Origin: Dimargaris cristalligena
Lineage: Eukaryota
Length of the DNA stretch: 64,000 nucleotides
Direction: 5' to 3'
Assembly: GCA_003614675.1 (NCBI GenBank)
Contig: ML002217.1
Coordinates: 1 to 64,000 of the forward strand
Part shown: positions 24,161 to 34,998 of the stretch, piece after piece
Position numbering within the stretch: position 1 is the stretch's first letter
Layout: each line of letters opens with the position of its first letter
The notes under the pieces: model-generated
Seen by the model: the letters and a program-made list of their open reading frames with translations, nothing else
What the model was told of the DNA's origin: nothing
Databases searched by the model: none
Position numbers and translations under genes: made by a program

Positions 24161-24565
24161 ATGAAGTTCTCCGTTGTCGCCTTCGCCGCTATTGCCGTCG
24201 TCTGCACCTTTGTCCAGGGTGCCATCCTGCCCACCACTCAGAAGTGGGATCGCCGCCAAATGAGCGGTGTTGGTGCCGAGAATATCTACAACGTCAAGGT
24301 CAAGAAGATCCTGGCCACTGATTCCGCCATGAACTCCCGCATCATTACTGACCTGAACACTCTCAAGCTGGGCAGCAAGAAGGGCAGTGCCCTCTACAGC
24401 GTGACCAAACCCTACTCTAGCATTTCCAGCATCCTGAGCATCAAGATTGCCTATGGTGTCGAGTCCCAGGTGAAGAAATTCTCTTGGTACAACACCATGT
24501 ACATCGACAGCGTTGGATCTGCCAGCGGTGGTGGCAGTGACGACGGCTGCCTAGGTTTCTGCTAA
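24161..24565 (+). CDS. Small secreted protein, tandem-array copy 4 (134 aa), C-terminal GCLGFC
   Basis: True start is the MKFSVV ATG at 24161 by homology (the track ORF starts at 24035, just after the TATA at 24025); DRR|Q; same core. Confidence 0.9.
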   Translation: MKFSVVAFAAIAVVCTFVQGAILPTTQKWDRRQMSGVGAENIYNVKVKKILATDSAMNSRIITDLNTLKLGSKKGSALYSVTKPYSSISSILSIKIAYGVESQVKKFSWYNTMYIDSVGSASGGGSDDGCLGFC

Positions 24566-24840
24566 ATTGCGGGGCACTTCACGCCGGGCGGTGCGCTTTT
24601 TACCGTTTAATTAATTCAAACTCCTGCCACTCTCAGCCTTTACTAACCCATGTGGAAACGCCTTTTGTTAAGACCCGCCAATATCTGGTTAGGCCACACT
24701 TTTTCTTGGTTATATCCATGGACAATAAAATACACAATCACTATTGTGTATTCTGGCGATGTTTCTTTTCGATATTTAATAAATATAGTTGTCAAATTGT
24801 TCAAATAAGGGCCATGATATGGGGGTTAATTGGCCAATAT

Positions 24841-24976
24841 AGGTGAAATGTGGCCCAGCCGTATAATGCTCTCAAGGATAGATATATGGGAAATTGGGCT
24901 GAATCTTTATTTTTAACCGGCAGTAATAGTCTCATTCAAGGGATTTTTTGTTATACAGCCGTGTTGGGTTTATCCA
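24841..24976 (+). mobile_element. MITE-like ~135-bp element, copy A
   Basis: ATAT|AGGTGAAATG...CAGCCGTATAA left end; core TTTTAACCGGCAGTAATAGTCTCATTCAAGGGATTTTTTGTTATACAGCC matches the reverse complement of the 49641 and 51496 copies. Confidence 0.65.
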
Positions 24977-26804
24977 ATGTAGTCTGGAACCAGAGGTCCT
25001 TGAAGGCATTTGTTGTTAGAAAGGGTAAGGCTCTTAAACCCATGGGGAATAAAAAGGGAAGTGTTAGTATGACAATAAGGACCCTAGTGTTTGTCACTCA
25101 TAAATGCTACCGCCGATTCATAAAAATAATACACTGCCCTCCCCGTCCTCTCGCATATATTTTTTAATATATACTCAATTCGTCCCGCTAGGGCGTGTTG
25201 AGGATCGCAGACCTAGGGGTTGGGCGATTGACCGTAAATCCACATTTGGTGACGGCTCAGCTAAATATAGGTTGTACCTCCACGATCCCAGATAGTCGGA
25301 TAGCTGATCTATTGGATTGTAAGCCTAGCTGAGTTTGGTCAATATAACCCTATTTAAACCCCAACGGCGAGGTCTTCCAAATGGCGACGGGCAGCAAATC
25401 CGGAAATGCTGAAGGGGCCTACTTGTTCACTACACCCGCCTTGGCAGTCATGTTACACTCGATTTACATACTCCATCCCTTGATTCCCCTTCTCCCTGCT
25501 ATTCGATGCTTTGCCCCCCCCCCTGGAGTATGCGGAAATCCCAATTTGATGGACGGACTACCCGATTTTCTGGCAGTTAACAAATTTACGACTCCCTCAT
25601 TGATATCCATACACCTCAGTCATGACAGACTGGGTCCATCGGAGGGACATCTCGGCGTGGACCCGATGGCCTATGGCTAAATTTAAAGTCGAATCATGCG
25701 GCCAATCCCTCTCCACACTGTCGGATACAGGGTTAACCTTTGCAGAGTGATAATATAATCACCTATAGGGTCGCCAATCTTGATGGTCGGCACCAAATCC
25801 CCGCCATCCCCAAATGGCTATAGTAGAGCATCTGCTATAGGTAGTCGCCGATCCCCTCATTGACCCCTTCAGGGAAGTAGGTCCATCACGATGAGGCTCT
25901 CCGAGTCCTGGCAATCTAGGACGGGGTAGTGACCCTGAAAGGCTCCTCCGTGTTTGACGATGAATATAGGCATGACTGGCACAGCCGGACTCAGTGACCA
26001 ATTATTGGATAACAAGTTCAGTTGGGTTGTGGTACGTCGGGTTTCCCCATTCTTGGTGGAAACAGTCTTGCTTACCACCCTTTAATTAGCTAGGCACGAC
26101 TTCCACCCCGGTTATTTGATTAAAAGTGGCTGGCTAGTCTACTTACTTACTCAACTTGTAATACTCTGGGAGCCGTGGGCTGCTAACTCCTACCATTTAC
26201 TGTCAACATCCTGAGCAGGTATATTGACGTGTATCCAACCTGGTGACGATTGAACCCCTATCCGGTCCCTAAGATAAACCCCAAGTTCCTGGAGAGCTAA
26301 GGAGTAGGGGCTGGGGCTAACAAGTTTTCACAAGCGATGTTACCTGTTATTTATATGCATGACAATACATATTTGCTATTGATGACGTTCTTGTTTAGTA
26401 AATATACTGAGTTCAATAGCCACGACTTCCAAGGGTATAAATCGATTCAAAACCCCCCACAAAAACCACCTTCTTGTTCTTGTATTTGCTCCGCTTATAA
26501 ACTGTCTAATGGATATATATTAACATTCAAATTCTACACTACGCACTGCAGATTAATTCTGACCCACATTAGCGACTAATTTGCTCCTTGGTACCTGGAC
26601 TAATTACTATCTAGAATTAATATCGCATATTCCTTATATTTCACTCACAGATTGGCTGATATAGTCAGCCAATACATTGGACCAATACTAGCAAAGGCCA
26701 ACCGGACTTATTTTCTAATAGTCCTATAATCTACCGGTAAGCCATGTACTTATAGATATTGCTGAGGAACATTTAGAGGTAGAAACAGTCACAACCCTAC
26801 CTTA

Positions 26805-26828
26805 TATTATTATTATTATTATTATTAT
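26805..26828. repeat. (TAT)n trinucleotide microsatellite
   Basis: Direct reading. Confidence 0.9.
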
Positions 26829-27030
26829 CATAAGTTTTTTGCCCCGGTTTCTGTATGGCTGCCATTAGAAGCAGTGGCTAACTTCCATCTTCACTATTCG
26901 AGCCTGTGGAGGCGGTTACACAAACCTCATCTTAACCCATACCCACCCGTCTAACCCATTGGTCCCATGTTGGCCCCGTTTTCGCAGTACTTCGATTTAT
27001 CCCCAACTCTCGCATTACTCCACTACAGTC

Positions 27031-28335
27031 ATGTCCCACCTTGACCACCCCACCACCACCGAAAGCCCGCCCCCCCCTCCGGCCGCCAACGTCATTCCCC
27101 AGATGGAACCAGGTCGAGTCATTCGGATTGACTGTCGACCCCAGGTTGCCGCCCCAACATCCACTACCACCACTGCGGCCCCCACGACTTCGGTCCTACC
27201 CCCCATCTTCAAAGTCATGCAATGGAACATCGAGCGCGGGTATGAACTCGAGCGCATTTTAGCCGCGCTCCGTACCGAAAAGCCGGACATTGCCATTCTG
27301 CAAGAACTGGACATTGGGTGCGAACGGAGCGGCCGGACCAACCAACTGGAGATTATCGCCCAAGAGATGGGTTACAACGGGGGTTTCGTGGCCGAATTCG
27401 AGGAACTGCACTGCCCCCAAACCCGGTCGGCGCGGAGTCAAGGCGGGGGGTTCCACGGGAATGCCATTTTTAGTAAATACGATATGGATTTCCGGGTCAT
27501 TAACCACCGGTACCAGCCCATCAACTGGGCCCGGGACGGGGCAGCCCGGTTCCAGGAGCCCCGCCGCGGACAGCGCTACACCCTCGCGGCTACGATTCAA
27601 CCGACGTTTCCCGGGTCTGAAAGCCTCCGTCCCCGGCCCATTCAGGCGTACTCGGCCCACTTGGAAGTGTTCTGTGGCCTCAGTCACCGCATCGCCCAAT
27701 TCGCCGAACTGCTCGAAGATGCCTACCAAACGAGCGGCCAATACCTCCACCAGCTTCTTTTCGGTGACATGAACACACTGGCCCATTCGCTGGCCCGGCT
27801 ATCCCCCAAATACTGCCAGGATCGGTTCCGGTGGCGGTCCTGGGGTTCCACCGAGGCTCAGTGGTGGTTTGACCATGTCTTGTCAACCCACCGGGCCCCG
27901 CTACCCCCTGGTACCCCAGTTCCGGTCGCCCCCATAACGAAGCCCGACGACGACCAGCTGGTCAGTGAAAAACCGGCCGGGTCGAAAGAAGTACCAGCCG
28001 CTTCGTCTTCCACGACTGTGACCGGTCCCGACGGCACCACCACCACCACCGTGGCCCCGCTCAAGGAATCGACCCAAACCAATCCCCATCTAGAGAAATT
28101 CGGTACCTCCGTGTTCCCACGCGAAGTACTCCGTATGGCCATTAATCCCGGGTTCAGCGAACCGTGGGACCTGAATCAGGACAATACCCTTCAGAATTTC
28201 TACGGATTGTATAAGGGAAAACTCGACTGGACTTTGCTGATGGGTTTTGAGTGCCTGAGTAGACATATGGGCAACGAAAATTACCTGGCTTCGGACCACA
28301 AGTACCTCATTGTGTACCTCGCCTACAAGGACTAG
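27031..28335 (+). CDS. Endonuclease/exonuclease/phosphatase (EEP) superfamily protein, 434 aa, intronless
   Basis: EEP catalytic motifs in order: KVMQWNIERG, PDIAILQELD, GNAIFSKY, SAHLE, FGDMNT, KLDW, ASDH. First in-frame ATG at 27031; P/T-rich low-complexity N-terminus and internal insert. Confidence 0.88.
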   Translation: MSHLDHPTTTESPPPPPAANVIPQMEPGRVIRIDCRPQVAAPTSTTTTAAPTTSVLPPIFKVMQWNIERGYELERILAALRTEKPDIAILQELDIGCERSGRTNQLEIIAQEMGYNGGFVAEFEELHCPQTRSARSQGGGFHGNAIFSKYDMDFRVINHRYQPINWARDGAARFQEPRRGQRYTLAATIQPTFPGSESLRPRPIQAYSAHLEVFCGLSHRIAQFAELLEDAYQTSGQYLHQLLFGDMNTLAHSLARLSPKYCQDRFRWRSWGSTEAQWWFDHVLSTHRAPLPPGTPVPVAPITKPDDDQLVSEKPAGSKEVPAASSSTTVTGPDGTTTTTVAPLKESTQTNPHLEKFGTSVFPREVLRMAINPGFSEPWDLNQDNTLQNFYGLYKGKLDWTLLMGFECLSRHMGNENYLASDHKYLIVYLAYKD

Positions 28336-28700
28336 ACTTAAACGAGTTGAATTGGCTACCTCCATGGGCGTATTTATGGCGGGAAGGGGTGTGCCCCACA
28401 CCTATGAAGCAATGGGGATTCCAGTTTTTTTATGGTGGCTCTAAATAATATGAAATACGAATTAAATGGATACACAATGTATTGTACGAATGGCGTTATT
28501 CCACGTAGGCGGCTGGATACACCGTCCCGCTCAGCTCCCTCCCCCTCTATATATATCCTCTATTGACCATCAGCTCTGTAATATGATTGTAACTACTAAT
28601 TTATTTAAATAAACCCCGCTCGCTATTGTTAAGTATTTCCATATATTTTGTACGAAATCTACAAAATAGACATAAGTGTTGGTGACATGGCACATTATAT

Positions 28701-28833
28701 GGGTGAACTTCGGCCCTGCTGAATATTTTAGGTGGTATGTGTACGGGACTATAGGTGGGTGAATCACTTTCAACTACTAGCATTTACCCCATCCAACGGA
28801 ATTTTCGCTATACAGTCTAGCTGAACCTGTCTC
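28701..28833 (+). mobile_element. MITE-like ~135-bp element, copy B
   Basis: ATAT|GGGTGAACTTC left end; right end CCATCCAACGGAATTTTCGCTATACAGTCTAGCTGAACCTGTCTC|GTAT aligns with the other copies. Confidence 0.65.
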
Positions 28834-31060
28834 GTATTTATAATAAAATAACGGGAATGACTTAGCCAACCGTCAAAGAAGTGGTTGGAAATTCTAATAA
28901 AGGGCCTTGTCACCAGTCCAAGACAATAATAGAGGCCAAATTAATGCCACGTAAAATCGGGGGTGGGCCAGTATCACACAATTATCACAATAAGGTGTGT
29001 AAGTTGACTGGCAAGCTCTAGAAATTGGCATCCTATAGAATGATGTCGAGTTATTCGAACTGCTTACTTAGAGCAATGGAAACTGGTATTAGAAATAAAC
29101 AGTTGGGGGAAGAAACAATCATATATATGTCTGTAAGCCTAGGCTATACTGTGCATTGAATAAACCGTTCCATAATATTGGCGAATAAAGGAAAAGGAGG
29201 GTGTCTGTGAGGCACGGGTTGCGATAAAGACCCATTGTAGCGTGCAAGCCAACTGGTCCATTAAACGAGGGATTACGGCGCATTGAAATACGCCCTTAGA
29301 TAAGTGCGGCGGGAGCATCAGCTACCTTGAAACCTCAATTTTAGGTATTACAATGCAGGCCAAGAAAATTAACCATACCATCACCATCACACGGAGCCAC
29401 TTTAAACCACTTTCCTGATTATCGAACTACGGCACATGGCATAAGAAGCACATGCGAAATGTGTTCTGCGGCCACATTATTGCTAAAAACTCTTCTAACC
29501 AATTCCCTTGGACTCGTCGCAATTAGGTATAAACAGCAACCATCAACTCCATTAACTTAATAGTGTAATGCATAATCACAGGCTAGGGAGTAAGAATTAC
29601 CCGACCGCGGCCTGCTCCGAATAATATCGATTTATATGATTATTACATCCCTTGGTTGAGAGAAAACGAATCTTCAACTGAGGTCGAACATAGCAGAGTG
29701 CCCGGCCGATAAGGCGATCAGGCTTGCATATACTTAGCAATAATAAACCATGATGCGTGTGTAAAGCTGGTAAAATTCACACAATCATGATAGAGTTCGC
29801 TGATAGCTGCTATATCGGCGCTTTGGGAGGAACCTGGTGCGTTACCAGGAGTCAGCTTCTCTGGTTTGACGACACGACTGGGGGTGCCGGACTTGGTGTT
29901 CGAAGGGCCAAAGACCGGAGTGGACTTCAGTTGGTCGGGTTTTAGAAGATCAATAGTGATACTTGATTATTTCGCTACTACTTGTTGGGCTAATAAGGGT
30001 ATAAAACTTGATATAAAAAAATAGATGTCGTGCTTAATCAATGAAAGTAAATATAGCTAATCATGAAGGACTAGGCGCGGGAATTCGGCCGTGTAGAAGG
30101 ATCGCCTTCCTTCAGCCATTCCCGCTACTCCATTCATATATTCCATATTCCACATTCAATATACCCGTATTTTATTAGTTATCATTTGTTATATCTTTGA
30201 GTAGCATCTTCCAGCATGTTCTACGCTGGTTCAATGTCTTTATCATTGGTCTGCTCAGCTATATAAAGCCGAGTCAATTCCTATGTTTATTATTTAGTTA
30301 ATTGGCTCTATTCTTCACTCCCTTTTACTAGTTAACTTGATCTATCGATATTTCCCTTATTTTTATCTATCAAGTGTCCTTCGCATCAACTGCTTGTATG
30401 GGCTACCTTTTGTAACTTGTCCGAGGTGTAGGCATTATAGTCATTATTAGGATTATTGCCTACGATAAGATCGAACAGAAAATATAAAACATATTAAAAT
30501 ATGAATACGAATCGCCAGGAAAAATTGTTAGTTATACTGGTTTGAAGTTTAAATAGATTTATTCGAATATATTAGGAAAAAAATGAGAAAACTAAGAAAC
30601 TGGGTAGTGCATATATACTAAATGATTAGACTAAATAAACTATTGCTAACTATTAAAGGACTAGCGATGTCACTAAAATAGCCATTCGAGGTGGGTGATC
30701 GTTGTTGGACGAAATCACCTTCAACTTCGGCTGGCTATAAATTCGTCGCATAGTAAGGGAACATAAAATTAAATGATATAAGTAGAAAATTGAAGAATAT
30801 GAGAATCGGCCCATATAAAGAAAATAATCAGATGATAGCTTCAAGACTTTGTCATACAATGGGCCTGATAATACCCGGCGATCTTGAACTCGCTCATATT
30901 ACATCTGTAGCTTGATGTTCACACTGTCCATGGCAGTACACTGGCTGCATGTACATTACGCTATTTGTAGCGGTACCATTAGGGACAAAATCCCTGGCAA
31001 GTATCTTCATCGCGGTGATACAAATCAAAAGTGAGCCGGCCGTGGACAGAAACGCAGTGC

Positions 31061-31975
31061 CTAATTGATTCCCCACTCATGGTAGTTACACATACACCCC
31101 TGCTGTGACGGAAGATAAATCCCGACTAGGGCAATCACATTTTCCAGGAGGGTACTGTCAAGAGCCACTTCATGGAATACTAGGCTAGTAATTGACTCAG
31201 CCATTGGGTGGTTCGGGTCACTTGGCACCATTCGAGGTGTCGCCGGGGCAACTGGGCCATGTGTAATAAGGAACTGCAGCAGCACCGTTGTGGTACTATT
31301 GCCCTGCCGAGCTATCCTGATTGCATTCTCTATACGCCCAGCCACTGTGTCCGGGAGGACGAGTCTCCGCAGACTACGGTCGCCTTTGATTTGGGCTGGC
31401 CAGCGAAGTACATCCCAATAAATGGATCCCCTCAGGATCAAGGTTCGGTTCGCATGTTCGGTTTCGCGGGGCAAGCTTGTTGGAACCCAAGCGGGCCATG
31501 GATTGGCGTCGAAATTCATGGGTATGACGACCACTAGTTTAAATTTTTTTACTGCTTGAATAGTCCGCCCTAAAATGCGAACCAATTTATTCAAGAGGGC
31601 GGGATGGTACACCTCAATGACTAGACTTTTCAAGAGTAGTAGGGCGTCAATGGCAATGCCAAACAAAGAACTAAACTGAGGGTCAGCGGTGGCTTCGCTA
31701 TCCAAAATGAGGGTGATTTGCTGTATGTTATTCCGGTACTTAATTAGAACGCAATATATTTCGTGGGCGTCGGGGGAACTGCTTGCCCCCCACGTATGCT
31801 GAAAGCAAAGGGGACGGAGGTCCAGGGCTTGGGTACGGCGGACCGAAGCATATGACAGAATGACCTTATTTGGGGCATACTGGTTCAGCCGAGCCACAAA
31901 AGTGCGACGAAGCTCGCTTGGTTGAAATTCGGGCATAGTGTATTCAGCAAGTTGGCGGGGCGCGTTGGAATCCAT
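31061..31975 (-). CDS. Hypothetical protein (~304 aa), no recognised family; the 3' end may be spliced
   Basis: Long complex-composition ORF in otherwise AT-rich, stop-rich DNA; ATG in ACCATGG context at 31975; GTATGT donor-like site near 31095 could alter the C-terminus. Confidence 0.6.
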   Translation of the reverse strand: MDSNAPRQLAEYTMPEFQPSELRRTFVARLNQYAPNKVILSYASVRRTQALDLRPLCFQHTWGASSSPDAHEIYCVLIKYRNNIQQITLILDSEATADPQFSSLFGIAIDALLLLKSLVIEVYHPALLNKLVRILGRTIQAVKKFKLVVVIPMNFDANPWPAWVPTSLPRETEHANRTLILRGSIYWDVLRWPAQIKGDRSLRRLVLPDTVAGRIENAIRIARQGNSTTTVLLQFLITHGPVAPATPRMVPSDPNHPMAESITSLVFHEVALDSTLLENVIALVGIYLPSQQGCMCNYHEWGIN

Positions 31976-34030
31976 GGTGTTGTATAGATAAAGTATACTG
32001 TACGTCAAAATATGTGCTAAGAGTTGTTGTATTAACAAACAGGAAGTATTGGTTCCAGGTGTGATCAGGCGGTGGAATGGTCGAAATCGCGGTGGATATT
32101 ACTGAGGTTGAAGGGTGTGAGGAATATTTAAAATTCGAGTGGTGTGTTAGCTGAGCAATGGTGGGAGTAAACATTAGATAACTAAGTGGTGGTGTTGATA
32201 GGTCTAGTAGAGGGGCCGCATGCTACCTTTTTATCCCCAGCAATGCCAATTACCAAAGTACAGTAAGCCGCAAGACTACGTCACATCTCGCATCACCTTG
32301 TTCGACCAGGCCCAGCCACCAATTGGGGAAGTAACAAAGAGTATGCCTTCCCAACGGCCATTGCGAAGCTTGGCCTAATCTGTAGCTTGGCTACTTAGCC
32401 CTACCTGTCGACTATTTAGTAGTTCTGTGGCAAACTTGAAGTGATAATCATTGTGGGTGGATTAACCGATCGTTGTAGTCAGCAGTCGACCTGGCCATCT
32501 CTTTGTTCAATCAAAAGGTGATCAACGATTACCAATGGCCTTTTTCCCGGACTCATCGACTTCGCCACCAACCTCCAAGTAAAATAAAAGCAATTTCTCG
32601 ACTTAGAACCTACGACAATCGCCTATCCATCAAAAACGGCGCCAGACCCATCAGTGGCTGCCCATTTACAATATCCGAAGACAAGGTGGGTAAAAAATAT
32701 TCTGACTTGAATTCGATGGACGGAAGGTCCAACGGTGAAAAAGAAAATAACGGACTCCACCCCACCCTGACAATGGTGAAAACTCGATAAGTCCTTCGTT
32801 GTTTGCTATCTCGTCAATTGGGATGTGAGTACGCCTCCCAAAGCCTCATTAGATTATGTCTAAGGTTGTAATCTTTCGTGAAGATTGTTGGCTACTCTCA
32901 ATGTTTTACTTAACTGGGGTCAACAATGGATTCCCATCACACTCGTCAATCGACCATGAAAATAGCCGTTATGCCGAATGCGACACCATGTTGGCCCTAA
33001 ACACTCACACACTAGCCATCGATATAGGCACTAGCAGCAGCGGTAACCATTGCATAAGCCCTTCTGAATAGTTCGCCGGGATTCGGCCAATCAAGACTAT
33101 ACTGTGTAGCGACAGGTCTCTCTGCCTTAGGTAGCTGTGCCATCAATGACTAGAACTCTAACACCCCTATTCTTTGTACGTGGGAGGGCACTCTCCTAGT
33201 CTTCTCTGCCCGTTGTTTAGCCTGAGATATGGTCTGCGCTGGAAACAATGAGTTGTTCATAACAAAGAATCAACCATCACCTATGCTTCGTATATTTGGC
33301 TAGATGTGTGAATCTTTAATTAATTGAGGACACATTCAACATCGACATCGCTTGGCCCTAGTGCTGGGAACTATTGCAGGCACTATTGTATGCCCATAGT
33401 TTGGAACTAGGTTCCATGACTACTGTATTTATTTGGGTGAAATTGGAAACTACATGTAGGTCGGGGTGATAATGATAATCCATCGAAAGCACGGTTCAAT
33501 CAGCTATCGCCTAAACCAGGAGCTAATAACATCAACCACAGCTATATGACCGTGGCACCTGGCAACCAGTGTTGGTTATAAAGTATTACAATCAACATGT
33601 TAGGCACAGTTTCCAATCGAGCTTACCAATCAATTATCAAAACTCCAGGGGGCGGGATTGCTTATGGTGTTTTAGGTTACAATATAAATGTAATGCGAGA
33701 CGTGTAATGCTATAGTGTTTCCTTATAATACAATACCTTTAAATTAAAAAGAGCATGGATCATGGGGCTTATGGTTAAAAAAGTCGGTAAGGATATAAGA
33801 AATGGACCAAATGGTACCTAATAGAGCTATATCAATAATAAAATTAAGATCAATTCATTGCAGTCCAATAAATCAGAGCGCTTGTATATTTCTAGTGTTG
33901 GAATTATGCATCGATGGGTAATTGCAAAGCCTTCCTAAAGTAACTTAAAGAAAAAATTGACAAGAGAAAGAACTGCAGGTGGTATTGCTAAATGCTCGTG
34001 GTTGGGTGGATTGAGTTAGGTAAAAGACAT

Positions 34031-34166
34031 GGGCGGAATTAGGACTGATTGTATAGGGCTCTGAATGATACTTGAATGTGAAAATAGGCGAGGGATTCAT
34101 TTGGATCCAAGAATATTTGCTCCATCCAACGAATGTTTTGTAATAAGGGTTGGCTGAACCTCTCCT
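34031..34166 (+). mobile_element. MITE-like ~135-bp element, copy C
   Basis: ACAT|GGGCGGAATT...TTGTATAGG left end; right end CCATCCAACGAATGTTTTGTAATAAGGGTTGGCTGAACCTCTCCT|GTAT; same length as the other copies. Confidence 0.55.
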
Positions 34167-34998
34167 GTATTGATCTAGTTCCGCCTCGACATCGTCATCA
34201 GCGGAGTTACTTAAAAGAGACTTATGTGAAATCGAAAGATGTGTTGCTAATTCTTAACATGATGGCACACATTTAACGTTTCAATTTGCGATTGTTGGGA
34301 AAATACCCTATAAAAATTTCCCTATTTATTGTGTGGTTATGTTTGACCATTCTAAGGTATATGGGCCAAGCCACTTTCAGCCGCCCGTCGATTAGTACAG
34401 CAAGTTCCCTAGTCAGCAACGGCCTTTACTTCAAGAACTTCAAAACCAATACAGTATAAGATGCTGAATAGCCATAGCCTTTTGTGATTAAAAACGCGCG
34501 CTATTAAAGAATTATATATTTGCTAATCCAAAAAGAATCGGCATTAACCAAAAGTAGCCAAATTGAAATAAATCGAGATAACAATATGAGCTGCGGATTC
34601 ACCGAATATTAAAAAAGAGCGCAATTGAGATGTAAAGAGTATGGAATTGTAGGTGTGTGTATGAGCAAAAAAAAACAAGCAAGGAGATGGGTGGCATATA
34701 TTGCAAAGTGCAAGTGAATAAGGAGAGAAATGTAATGCAAGAGTCATTTAAAAAATTTACAAAAGTAGCGTACGTGTGGATTGTGGGGGCTAGATCGAAA
34801 TAATTCTCGGAGTAAGTTTAGACTTAGTAAAGGGACAATGAAGCAAGATTATTATTATTTTTTGATTTTTGTTCTTTAGAAAAAAATTAATAGAAGTAAA
34901 GGGGAGATTCATCGACATGGCCCAGTAAATCGGATGGCATTTTGAAACCAGGCGAAAATCTTTACGGGACGTGCCTCCTACAAAGATTACCAGGTTAG

